This document shows positions 52,328-64,000 of a DNA stretch of 64,000 nt, one piece after another; within the stretch, counting starts at the first letter, position 1; the number at the start of each line of letters is the position of its first letter. Below the pieces are notes generated by a model. It ran no database searches. It was not told the DNA's origin and was given only the letters and a program-made list of their open reading frames with translations. A program made the translations under genes and the position numbers. The DNA is from Phoronis australis (taxonomy: Eukaryota; Animalia; Phoronida): NCBI GenBank assembly GCA_002633005.1, contig NMRA01000028.1, positions 460,606 to 524,605 of the forward strand, read 5' to 3'.

Positions 52328-53908
52328 GCACGGATGCAGCAGAAGGATGCATCCGCCCACCCAAGGGAGAGCGAGCGAGGCTGACAAAAGTAGCATAAGA
52401 AAAAGGGGGCAAAAGTAAGCCCGTAAAAGGAAAATGCAAACATGGAGTGCGACGTCAACAGCATAGGTTGCGGATTTAAACGTTATTTTCACGGATATTA
52501 TAGCGGTAAAATTTGATAACACATATTTTTATCTACCATTCTGTACAATCTAAGAGTTAACACCAGAATTTAATCACACGGCGATTTTTTTGAACTGAAA
52601 GACATGTTCTACTGGCTACATTGTCATCGGTGAAGATTTAACTATCATACACTTGTAGACACACTGCTACACAAAGCGGTTTTGTACAGTTTTCTGGTGC
52701 TTGTGCCCTACCTATTATGAATCTTTTATTCTTTCAATGTGAAGTGTCCATCCAATTCCCCTTGCACTCTGCTAAATTCTGTTGAAATTGTTCTAAAATC
52801 GTTTTTTGTTTAAAAGTCATCTTCTGTTCAAAGTATGGTTATATTTCACAATTGGACACATATTTATCCAATTTCCATGCATAAAATCAAAGCAACAAAT
52901 TGTGAAAAATCGTACTTGATTTACAGAAATGGGTTACATTTGGATTATGAAGCTTACTTGAACCTTTCTGCCTTCTAGCTTCACATTATTTATTATCATG
53001 CTTGTCAAATTCTAGTTTAAGGAGGAAGCTTTTATGATACCCAGTCGTCATGGTAAAAATTATGCATGTCTACTTTCATGGTTAACGTGAACTTGGTTAG
53101 CATCATGTAAAAATGACAAAACTCAGACTATGTGATTTTATATACTTTTGATTATCCGGTAATAAGGTGGACGTTACCAGGGCACCAGTTAGCAGCTCAC
53201 GGGGGCACGGGTTAGACGTATGAACAGCTTCCAATATGCTAAAACTGTCACTGCTGTGGCAGCACAGGTCAGACCCATTTTAAAACATGCATGTAAAAAA
53301 TATATATTTAGTTTTTGGCCAAATTAGAAGTAAGAAGTGGAAAACAAAAACGATGTTAGAGTGCAGCATGTAAACTACGTTTCGATATTAATCAAAAGTC
53401 ATCCTCAGGTACAATAGTAGACAAAAAACAAAATGTCGTGACAGAATTAGATTAGTATTGAAACATCGTTCTCAAACATGCATGTGCCATCATTTCCTCG
53501 ATGGAAATGTTTTGGCCAAATTTCATGAAATTTCACCAGGCACCGTATAATACGCTATGGTATGTCTTTCCTATCTCCTGTTACAAACAAAAAGCCCATT
53601 TATTTTATTATTCTATTTTTTTTAGTCAGACAGTAAACTGATGAAAAATATCATTGGAAATCACCAGCACCCCGCAAACTGGCCACCAGAGCACCTCAAA
53701 AAGGGTTGAAAATCAAATACACAAAATTGGGCAAAATTTACCGAATTTTGGCACTCCAGTGAAGGTTAACGGAAATCCATTTGAAAATTCAAAGACTGTC
53801 TTCTGATAGGGAATTTCAATGTCTACATAAAGATTTGTTCTTTCTCGTTCTTTGAAGCCGTTTTAAAATAACTTCACCAACTGAATCTTTTTGAATCAAA
53901 AATGGGCC

Positions 53909-54230
53909 ATACTTGCTATTTACAGCGTAAATTTCATTCTTCACTACCATGAGCCACTTCCTAAGCATTTCGGACTCTCGAGGAAGTAAAAAAACGATAT
54001 ACCCGCTTTCTTCGCAGCTGCTTAGTTCGGACAAGCGGGAACTATGCACCGTCACATAGCTACATTCACTCTGCATATGAAACATTGACGTCGCTAGCGT
54101 CGTTTCTCACCTTCCTCACAGGTTAACGCGACACCTCTTGGCAAGGTAAGGTCGACCGTATGCGAGGCGATGTGGATATAGACCTATTAAGACGGCAAAA
54201 AAGACTAATTAAATCGGGTGGCATTCTCCT
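53909..54230 (-). mobile_element. 5' fragment of the same Kolobok/THAP family
   Basis: Reverse complement of 29336-29660; TTAA at 54231-54234; LPRESEMLRKW motif. Confidence 0.85.
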
Positions 54231-57200
54231 TTAATTATAACCCAAAGTGTATATATGCATGCTTCATATGATGTTATCCGATGTATTTCCAAATGAATAA
54301 CTTTTATGGGGTAAATCATCGGTTGTGTACGCTTAAACAGGCGATGTAACTGCCTACCCTAAACACAGTCTCTATGAACTTTACATCAGTTCTCTGGCAC
54401 CTTAATATGTGTTACACGTTTGCACATAAACTACTTTCTGTATCAAACGCACTCTCCTTGACCAGCAGTCAAATAAGAACACACGCAAACGGTATCTGAT
54501 GATATGTCAATTGGGTGATCTCGAGTTACGAGCATTTATTGGTCGATAGATACTACGTAAAACTGGGACAACCAATATCTGCTCCATTGTATTTTCTGCG
54601 AAAAGTCGTCAGATATTGCTACTCGTTCCCGTGGTTTATGGTGTAATAAGAAATGGTGACATGGTGGTTATAACAACCTAGTACTTGACCATCTTTCGGC
54701 AGTTTCCTGTGGGACACCAAGGAGAAGCGCGGATACAGCACAAGTTTGAACCGATGTCCACATGACACACTGGCACTGAGAACGTCATATGTCACAATCA
54801 TGTCTGTGGAGCTTAGAAATTGAAGTGTCTTTTCTTTTATTTTTCTCTTTTTGTGATATTGAAGTCATGATTGTGAAATGCAGTGCTATTAAGGAAGATT
54901 TAATGATGCTTACAATGTAGTCAAAACAATGCAAAGGGTATGCGGTTTTGAGCACTTGAATGGGTTGTACTACCAGGTGTACAGCCAGAGAAAGGAATAG
55001 CAGCAACATATTTAATGTGTTGGTCATCCATAGTCAGGATGCCATCTTTTTGGACGACATTATTAATTCAATCAAAGGGTGCCGGGCCGATTTTTTATCA
55101 GCCATTGACTTCGATTCTAGCTAGGCAACACGAAGTCCCTCGGGTGGCTGTACAAGGGCTATGTACTGTCCCGGCTTCTCATCAGTTTCTGCACTAATCT
55201 CATCCCTTAAATTTAAACGTCCAGGGGCATATTCAGTTGACAGTGAAGTCTACATGCCTTTATTTGTTACAGCACATCGTAAATTCGCCTTGATGGTTCG
55301 CAGCCTCGTCCCTCAGCCTCAAGATGGCGTTGATCGGTTTAGCCACTTGAGGCTGGTTATTGGAAACGAAATGTGTCAGAATTTGCCGGAATATCACGAG
55401 TACTATAATTTTGAGATTTTCTGCAGTTTTATGTAAAATGAAAACTAGCGGTATATTCCAGTATTTTAGGTCTAAATTATTGCAAAAATGACGCATTTTT
55501 ATTCGAAAACAGATTAATCTCTATGATACTAATTATGGAATAGAATTGAAAATAAGTACGCGAACAACTTGTATTTCAAACAATACCAAAACGATACCTT
55601 TTGCTTCATGGGATAGAATTTGATCGGTCGGATCAGCCGAGCATCCACCAATGTGTAACCAAGGCTGTTTTCGTTCACAATCAATGTTATGAGGTAAGGA
55701 TTGCGAATTATAGTTGCGTACACAATTTCCCGCGTTCCTATTGGCTCTTAGATTGACTTGTGAGGTTATATATGCTTTCATGCATACTGTCTTGCATGTA
55801 GGCTACCGTGAATCTCTGAAAACAGACCTTCGTGTGAAATTGAGTGAGATTTTAGCGCAAGCGAAAATCAGACGCCATGGAAGTATGCGGCAGGTAGTTA
55901 GCCGAAACTTCCCCGGCTTGTCGCTCCGTTTCTAAATATCATTTTGAACTTATCATTTATGTACCAGAAACCAAAAGTTAAGGTTTGTTCCCAAATTAAC
56001 ACGGTAGATCCCATTTTCATATTATTGCCTTACTAGATTCGGTTCAGTGATTTGCTTCAACGCGCTAGATGCATACAGTTAATAGCAAATAAGCTAAAAT
56101 GTTTGTAACAGATGTGCGACAAGCAACAGCTTTAGACATAAACCCAACATGACTAACGTGTGGTTTAGTAAACTACCTATCATAGCACACACCGTTATAA
56201 AACTGGCCTTTCTAGTTCTCTCCTCGGGTTAGAAATGATCTCTGGACTTGGGTAAAATCGCTGCAGCTCGTGTCATGCTCATCGTGTAAATTGTCCCGCC
56301 GTGCAACTTTAATGAACTGCCGCTTTTTCCCAAGCCCAGAAATCATTTTAACCTCAATAAGAAACAATTTGAGAACAATTTTATACCTGTAAGTGGCCAA
56401 AAGTTATTTTTGGCAACAGGTGGTAGTGTAGCACCTTGATAATCAAATCCAGGTGAAATTTGGTATTTTTGTACATTATCATTCTTCACGAGATATTTTA
56501 GGCTGCGTTCACTGAGACACGTCGCTGAACACGGTCATGTTTGTTGCGACGAGCCAATTTCATTCAAAATATCCTACGTTGGGTAGGCCTACATGGTTGA
56601 CGAGTCTCTATTTGGGACGTGAAGTGGGGCCCGTGTTGTAGATTGTCCTCGGCGGAGACTCCTTTTGAGGGGGAGATGTCTACTGGGACAGAGTCGTCGT
56701 TATACTAGGCTGCTTGTCGTCTGAAAAGATTTAAATAATATTAGACGTTTGTCGCGTTCACAGTCAACACTTGACCAATTCAAGATGTCAAAATCCACAT
56801 ACACAAGTGAAAATTACAGCTTGCTATAACAGTGCCCGAATGCACGAAACAGTCCCAAATACGGACTCAACAAAGTTCTTTAAATGCACTACGTATTTGT
56901 GGATTTGTGAAAGCATTGACTGTCATTTCTCATTCTGTTTTAGTTTCATTACAAAGTCAATTTCTGTCTTTTATAGAAACCGAAAGTGAATATATACCAT
57001 GAAGTAGTAATATTATTGAATCAGAAAACAAGGATCTTTTCATGCTAAGACCTTACTTATTTTCATTGATATACGGACTCTCTTTTAGTTAGAGTATTAG
57101 AAAATGAAATTTCAGAAGTGACAAAGGAGCTCCTAATAAAAAGATAAATTGAGAGAAAATATTACACCTGCGAGTCTAAGTCTCTTTATCCCGTTTTCAT

Positions 57201-57848
57201 GAAAACCACATACGCAAAGTAAAACGTCTACAGAGACCAAGTGAACGTGCTTTTATACACTTTGTAATGGGAAATTTACAGCCCATTAAAGCAGGTGCGG
57301 CATTTTCGTCAAGGATATGTCGCAGTGAAATAACCCAGCCCGTGAAAGGTTGTCGAATTGTACAAATGAACAATTTGATGACAACATTGTCGGATAATTA
57401 CATATACCAAGGACAGGCAGGAGCTGACTGTTGTACGGTGAATAATCGTTCTGATATTTAGAGTTGTATCACACTGTTAGAATGTTCATGGCAGGCGCGC
57501 TGTAGTCGATATGTGTTAAGTATTAGGCCAATTAATGATAGAGGGAGGAAGTTGCACATTTTGTTAATAACGAATCAATGATAAACTACTTGAAAGTGTT
57601 AGTGAGAAAATCACAGTTGTACGTACTACCTGAATTATGACAAATGTCACTTCACGTTACTGTTCGTGAAAAATTCTCCATATTTGATTTTTTTATTTAA
57701 TTTGTATTTTTACCAGTATAAATGTTCTTCTATCATTCTCTTTGCTCAGTTTCGTCATTTTCACTAGGCTAATTTCTGGTTTCTTCATCTACAGTGTACA
57801 TAGGTGGTGAGATGACATAGGCCTACAAGTGATACTGACTGGAGAACT

Positions 57849-57912
57849 ATGCTGTTTATCGTCATACTAGCGTCCCAGCTTTCCGTCAGTATTGGAAACG
57901 TTTCTAATGTTG
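57849..57912 (+). CDS. Signal-peptide exon (MLFIVILASQLSVSIGNVSNV) of a secreted Methyltransf_FA-like domain protein
   Basis: Acceptor ttcttcatctacag ends 57794; ATG 57849; donor gtaggc 57913 in phase 1 joins in frame (G|AA = Glu) to the exon at 58414. Confidence 0.65.
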
Positions 57913-58413
57913 GTAGGCTTACGACTTATTTTTTGTTCCTACAACCATTGCAGCTTATCATAATTCTTGTTTTTAATGAATTATTCAAATGCTGTTTGTT
58001 GGTAAAGTTGTTTAAGTGACTAGCAAGTGTAATTTCTAAGACGCACTTGAGTCTACGTATTTTTGTATGTAATACGTTCTAAACATTGTATCTTTGAAGG
58101 TCCGTGTTGCTTAAAATTGATAGAAAGAAAACAGGGGTTACACTCGTCTAAACTTAATTCAGTCATTAGACAGGAACAAATTGTTTGGGTTCATGACTCG
58201 TTTTATAATGAGAAGAAATTATGTAATGCCGATTTCGGGGTAATACGATTAGTTAAACAATATTCGATCTACCTGGGTCAAACCACAAACTCCTGAGGAC
58301 CATACTAAAAAACGATTCGAAAGATAAAGCTTTGTCAACCTTACTTTTCGCCACGTTCGTATTTAGTCAGGCAGAAAGACAATTCGCCCATTTCTGTTCT
58401 GTTTCTTTTCCAG

Positions 58414-58745
58414 AAAAATACGAAACGCTCGTGACGCCTAGGTCTTTTCCGCATCATGGAGACCAGTTTAATTCAAAATACGAGTTCACCGGTTTCAACT
58501 ACGTCATGTTTCAAGCAAAAGCTTGTCAACAAGCCACTCTGTACATCGGAAAATACCGCGGAAAAGGTTTCAATAAAGGTCTTGTACCCGATATCATTGT
58601 TCAGTTCGGACCACGTGACACTCACCTGATAGTGATGGGAAAAAAGCAGGCATACGTCATGTTTTTGACCAGAGCGGGAATGTTGAACTGTACAGAGTTT
58701 AAAGAGTTCTACGTGAAGTGGGGCGGACACAACGGCCATGTGGAG
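58414..58745 (+). CDS. Farnesoic acid O-methyltransferase-like (Methyltransf_FA) domain exon
   Basis: Acceptor gtttcttttccag, donor gag|gtgact; motifs VMFQAKACQQATLYI and GMLNCTEFKEFYVKW resemble the F.VKAC.DA and G.LSC.EF..FWI.W patterns of this domain; lies within the longest ORF of the window. Confidence 0.8.
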
Positions 58746-60139
58746 GTGACTAGCTTTATACTTAGGGGTATGTTTAATACGACTGGAAACAGGACATCAT
58801 TCTCAACGCAAATTTCACTAAAAATAAGGGGATTCAAAAACTTCCTCTAACTTAACGACATCAGTTGATGAATTCAAAAATGTTGAAAATTTAAATATCG
58901 CCGCGATAACATGGCCATTCATCGAATAATAAAACACCAAGTCCTGAGGGCCTTCAGGTTAAACATTATGTTTTCAACTTTTCTTTTTTTCAAATGCGCG
59001 TTGTCTTCCTAGTGACTTGTGATGTTTTACGTTATAACAGGAGCCGGATGTAGATTTTTATACGTGAAATGGTATTATAGTTACAGTTACCTCTAGAAAT
59101 CGCGGTCAGGGTGAACAGACACTATGCGTTGAAAGGTCTAAGTCCGCTGGGTACGTGTTATTTTTATATGTGAAGCGGTTAGTCACGCTACCCCTGCACA
59201 GATACAATACCCCGAAAGAACATCCTCAAGAATCGTTCATCACTCCCATCACCACCCCCCCCCCCCNCCCCCCTCTCTCCTCCGTACAAACTCTACTACC
59301 ACGCATAGTGGTGCGAACTCGAAATGAACCCAAGATTCGACCGACAACAAGGTCGAGTAAAAGTTCGAATTTTAGCCTAATGCTTGCGTCAAGTGCAAAA
59401 TAGGATCAAAGCGTTATTCATGTAAAGCTTAAGTATTCAATAATAGAATAATAGACACGTATCTTGAGTTCGCACCAAAGTAGAATAGACATGCCAAAAA
59501 TACTTTCTAACCCGGGCTATGGCCTTAGAAATTACTTCGCACCTGAGAAATCAACTCTCGCCTCAGAAATCAACTCACCCGGCGTAAGCAAACTAGGTAT
59601 CATTTTGAAAACACTCAGGTAATCTTCGTCGGAACAAACCGGTCTTCGTGAGAGCAAAAATGTTATTTTGTCAAAGATATAGTTGGAGATGATTGCAAAT
59701 GACAACAATGACGAGTTTACGTTATCTCCAGAGGACCATCATCATAATGATTCGACGCATAATTGGAGGACTTTTCATATTGGCGCTCTCTAGAGTAATA
59801 AGAGCAGGAAAGTGACTTCCTGTTGACCCCGACTCAGATTTCAATGGTGGCATAAAATCAATTCCAACACAGTGGTTCATTAATTTAAAAGCAGATGAAT
59901 AAATTCCATGTCTTCCCCTCCCATTGTTCAATCGATTTAAGTTCAGTAATTTATTTTAGCTTTTTGACACCGACTGGGATCGAATTCTCCTGCTTTATCA
60001 GCCGCAGCCATTGGTTTTGTTGCAAGATACTTCTTCGCATTGGGAAATGTATGGAATATGTTGTCCTTGTTCATCCATTAAAATTCCGAGAAGTTTGCAT
60101 TTTTATAAGATTTCAGTAGATCCACCGCACAACGGGGGA

Positions 60140-60520
60140 AATGTATCGGCATTATAATGGTAGGAAAGGTGTTATAACGCTTTTTATACCAGTAGGTTGA
60201 AACCTCACGTCCGCATTGGGATCTGTAGGTGGCGTTCAACACTTGTCCAAAAAAGACCTGATCGCCACCTGGCGAGTTAGTGAATTTTAATATGGCGCCG
60301 CAATTTCGCAGTCACCTATTGTTTGCCGTATATTTGGGAATAGAATTTGTACATTGTCAGGTGCAGACCGACAGTGGTTTTAATGAATGTCAAAGAAATT
60401 CCAAACGCTCCCACATTCATTCTCAGAAAGATTCTGAAACTATTCTTCGCTTCCCTCAATTCGTTTAGCAATGGACTGGAAGCGCCTTCCTCAGTCAGTC
60501 TTTCAAAACCTGACCTTGTG
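60140..60520 (-). mobile_element. Highly decayed PIF/Harbinger transposase N-terminal remnant
   Basis: EEGASSPLLNELREAKNSFRIFLRMN resembles the G.Y..L..EL....F.NFLRM pattern of Harbinger transposases; lies in an intron. Confidence 0.5.
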
Positions 60521-61038
60521 GCCTTTTACTCCAATCGATGTGGACCAAACATAAAGTTATTTGCAGTGACCAACTAATGTCTTTTCACCTTTGTATTTTC
60601 ACCTGCTTTCTCAGTGAGATGTATATTCCACTCAATCATATCAAACAAACAAAATCTTCTGCCAATTTCTGTGCCAATGTCTGTCAGGCAAAATCCTGCC
60701 CCCCCNCCATACCATGAGCCTTTGCAAGTCCTTATGCTCAAATGTAATTGTTTTGAACATGTGCATGACCGTTTGAACAAGCCTTTGAGTGCCACGTAGC
60801 TGTTGCATGAGCAGAAAGAATTAACTAACGCCCGGTTTTGGATGGTACAGCACAAAAATGGTGGCAAGTTTGAAGTTTTAAGGCCTGCGACAATTTCCTC
60901 CTCTTCTTCTCAAACATTCGAGTTGTCCCTCGAGTAAAAGGCTAAAAAATGCTGTCTTTTATGAAAGAGCATTTTGGAAAACAAATAGTGGATTTTGTTG
61001 ACTTTGCGAGTTTTTTGAATTTTAAAAACATTTTTCAG

Positions 61039-61159
61039 ATGGGATCGCCAAAGGAGGTTTTGATGACTCTCATAGACCCCGAGTATGCTACTCGACCTAT
61101 TGGACCTGGGGTTGGCCCGAGAGGGCCTGCCACAACGTGGAGAATTTTCAACCCATTTG
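61039..61159 (+). CDS. C-terminal exon of the Methyltransf_FA-like domain (MGSPKEVLMTLIDPEYATRPIGPGVGPRGPATTWRIFNPF)
   Basis: Acceptor catttttcag in phase 0 matches the previous donor; the LM...DP...G...W.I pattern fits the domain end. Ends either at a GC donor (gcaagt, 61160) or at TAA 61165-61167. Confidence 0.65.
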
Positions 61160-61924
61160 GCAAGTAAAACGGCAGACTATATCTTCTTCTCACAGGAAAG
61201 CAACTATTTATCTTGTCACATGACGCGCAGTCAACACCACGAAATACCTCCTGAAGCCATTCATTAGAATTGACCCTTATGTGTGTAGAGTTAGCGATCC
61301 CACTTCTTCCGAGATTGTATAGGATTTCATACATGTAGGTAAGATCTATAACTCAGTTTCTCTTTTGCAACACTGAGTTGCTCCAGTAAGCCTATGAAGT
61401 AAATATTTTTTGCCATCTTGTTGCGAGCTACTAAATCATTAATTGATAGGCCTTACTAACCACTGGTCAAACTCTTATGGGGCGAAATGCGCGCCTTAAT
61501 TTGTAAAGAGCATTTAAAAGTCTTTTTAAAGAAGTCCATGGGCCAATACTGAAAATAACCCATTTGTTCAAAACATTTTCTCAAGGCAGTTTTGAAAGGC
61601 AAAAGTACTTTCATCTTCTGTCCTGAAACTGTTCAACCGCAATAATTGTTCCAAAATCAGGCTGGTGAATTCTCCACATACTGAGCTTAATAGCCTTTAT
61701 TTTTGTCATGTCAGCAACAGCGTAATGGTCAGTGTCATTAATTATCAGGGATGGTAAGGAAACAAACCGTATGAATAATACCACCCTGGCTTTACAACAG
61801 AAACCCATTAGGTGGACAAATCGAACACAGTCTTATAACATGAACACTTGACGGTAGTTTAATGAACTGTAGACTCTTGTGACGCTGAATAAGACCCACT
61901 TTTGAAAGATCCGGTTTTAGCTTG

Positions 61925-62020
61925 CAGTAGTAGTTGTGATGGTGATGTTGGTAGTAGTAGTAGTGGTGGTGGTGGTAGTGGTAGAGGTAATGGTAGTAGA
62001 AATAGTATATATAGTAGCAG
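61925..62020. repeat. Degenerate (GTA/GTG)n trinucleotide repeat
   Basis: Directly visible. Confidence 0.9.
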
Positions 62021-62666
62021 GAAGAGATAACCAGGAAGGGACAACTGTTTTAGCGCATTTTAACGGATATTCAAAAGTGATTTCAAAAGTAAATGTTAAA
62101 GTCGTCTGGAATCCAAGCATTGTGTTCGAAAGCTTAACTCTTTAGCTATAAAATGACACCACTTTGGTCCCCAAAGACTGCATATTAATGGCACTAGGAT
62201 GCTTTGAACATGACTTGTTTTACCCTTAAAAAGTCGCCTCTTCCCAGGCATGTACTCGGGCATGATCCTCTTTTCTGAACCAACAGATGTCACTTATATA
62301 TGCAAATGAGGCTCGCATCTCCTACGTCATATGACGTCATACGATGTCATATACGACGCGAACTTCCAATTTGAACCCGGCTCCGGTGCCTATCATAGCG
62401 AATGACTTGAAACGCAGTTCTACTTGATTGGGCAGATCTAAGAAAATTTAGAACTCACACAAGTCAATGTTCAAAGAACATTGAATGGTTTTATATGAAA
62501 ATACATTTAATTGTATTTGGATACGCTTGCATATGTGTAAGCGTGGACTTTGTCATTTTGCTTAAATCAGATTTAGAAGCAGGTGTTCAAAAGTCAAGAA
62601 ATTAGCTGCTCCCGCCACGGGTGGCAGGTGTCGTGGCGTCCGAGTCGCCGGGAATTCCGATCCATG

Positions 62667-62774
62667 CATGCGCAATTCGACGAACTAATGCTAAGTCGCT
62701 GGTCAGCTCTGCTATGATTCATGCGCAATTCGAAGAACTAATGCTAGTCGCTGGTCAGCTCCGCTATGATTCAT
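62667..62774 (+). repeat. Tandem duplication of a ~53-bp unit
   Basis: catgcgcaattcga.gaactaatgcta.gtcgctggtcagctc.gctatgatt occurs twice. Confidence 0.9.
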
Positions 62775-63674
62775 TTGAGACGTGCGGCTTATAGTAGCTC
62801 GAACCTATACCCGTGTTGTGGCTCCAAGGTCGTTCTGTTTGACCCAGTTTCGGGAAAATTTTATTTTAATACGGTCATTTCCTGAAGATTTTTTTGAAAG
62901 ATATGATCCCAAAATCCTTGGCCTATAGTTGAAACACTGAGCCATTGGTCCAGCTTCTGCCGCCGGGAGGCTGGGGAAAATGCTATGGAACGCGTGTCCC
63001 AAAAATGCACACACTTCAACTCCTGCAGTTCAAGTTCTTTTCCCGTCAATCACTGTGCGCGGATTCTACGCGGGCAGCCAACGCCTTATTTTTAATGTGG
63101 GTGCGTCACTGAGTCACGACGTGTCCAGCCTTTGCAGCTGCACGGGAATGTCAAGCAAACGATTCGGTTTAGAAGAACCTAAATTCATTGCACAATACTA
63201 CTGGGAACTACAAGCATCAAGGAAATGCAACAAGACAATCTTTCCAAATTTACGAGCAATGACTAGAATTTCTTTTTCGATCCGATCTACGGTTTGTAAA
63301 TTTTTGAATTTCTTTAGTCTAGTTTTTTTATAAAGTTCAATACATTCATGAATATGACTGTTATCGTTTAGAGTCCTTCTTTGCGATATGGTGGTCTGAT
63401 GATGGTTCGAATTTTTGCAAGTCCGTCCTTCAGCCTTCAACTAAGTTCCGAACTTAGTTGACGCATCGCCATTTCTTACAAGACAGTTCCTGTGCTGTGC
63501 ACGAATGTTTTGTGTTTTTGATGAATTTGAAATCTCAACTTCCCCTCGTGGAGTAGTTGGCAGTGTCATGCCGGAGGTGTATAGAGGGCGCAGCACTGAA
63601 AAAAGTGGGGGCTAAAGCCCCCTCAGCCCCCCTGCAGTGCACCGCCTATGGACCACTGAAAAACTTGAACTGAA

Positions 63675-64000
63675 TGGAGAATGTCACCCGATTTAATTAG
63701 TCTTTTTTGCCTTATTAATTGGTCTATATCCACATTGCCTCGCACACGGTCGACCTTATCTTGCCAAGAGGTGTCTCGTTAACCTGTGAGGAAGGTGAGA
63801 AACGACACTAGCGACGTCAGTGGTTCATCTGCACTAAATGAGAGTGAATGCCGCTATGTTGCGGTGCATGGTTCCCGCTTGTGCGAGCTATGCAGCTGCG
63901 AGGAAAGCGGGAATATCGTTTTTTCGACTTCCTCGAGAGTCCGAAATGTTTAGGAAGTGGATCGCAGTAGTGAAGAATGAAAAGTACGCTGTAAATAGCA
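63675..64000 (+). mobile_element. 5' end of the same Kolobok/THAP family with an open THAP frame from 63856 running off the window
   Basis: TIR tggagaatgtcaccc; MLRCMVPACASYAAARKAGISFFRLPRESEMFRKWIAVVKNEKYAVNS has the THAP C-x4-C...P...W signature. Confidence 0.85.

Noticed and set aside
54490-55450. Cluster of overlapping short ORFs with coding-like composition
   Set aside because: No recognisable motif or consistent exon structure; probably an old element remnant.
61859-62145. Poly-Val, poly-Thr and poly-Pro ORFs
   Set aside because: Artefacts of the (GTA/GTG)n microsatellite.

Overview
Eukaryotic, AT-rich and repeat-dense DNA, probably from an invertebrate animal; there are no prokaryotic operons or CRISPR arrays, and almost all short ORFs in the track are noise. 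The window is organised around an old tandem segmental duplication with three units: C (~10.4-19.0 kb, most diverged), A (~19.2-34.3 kb) and B (~36.1-51.3 kb). Units A and B each carry a spliced gene that the ORF track does not assemble. It encodes a 65-aa secreted prepropeptide (signal peptide, Gly-rich FTAGGGGN(I/V)PG peptide, acidic spacer, KR) with a conserved TATA promoter and polyA signal; unit C holds a deleted pseudogene copy. At ~57.8-61.2 kb is a spliced gene for a secreted protein with a farnesoic-acid-O-methyltransferase-like (Methyltransf_FA) domain. The rest is decayed or non-autonomous transposable elements: Gypsy pol remnants, DD37D/maT and Tc1 elements, THAP-bearing Kolobok-type elements with TTAA target sites, CR1/L2 3' ends, tRNA-derived SINEs and MITEs. 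Microsatellites and two probable assembly duplications at single-N joins are also present. All calls come from reading the sequence by eye; no database search was run.
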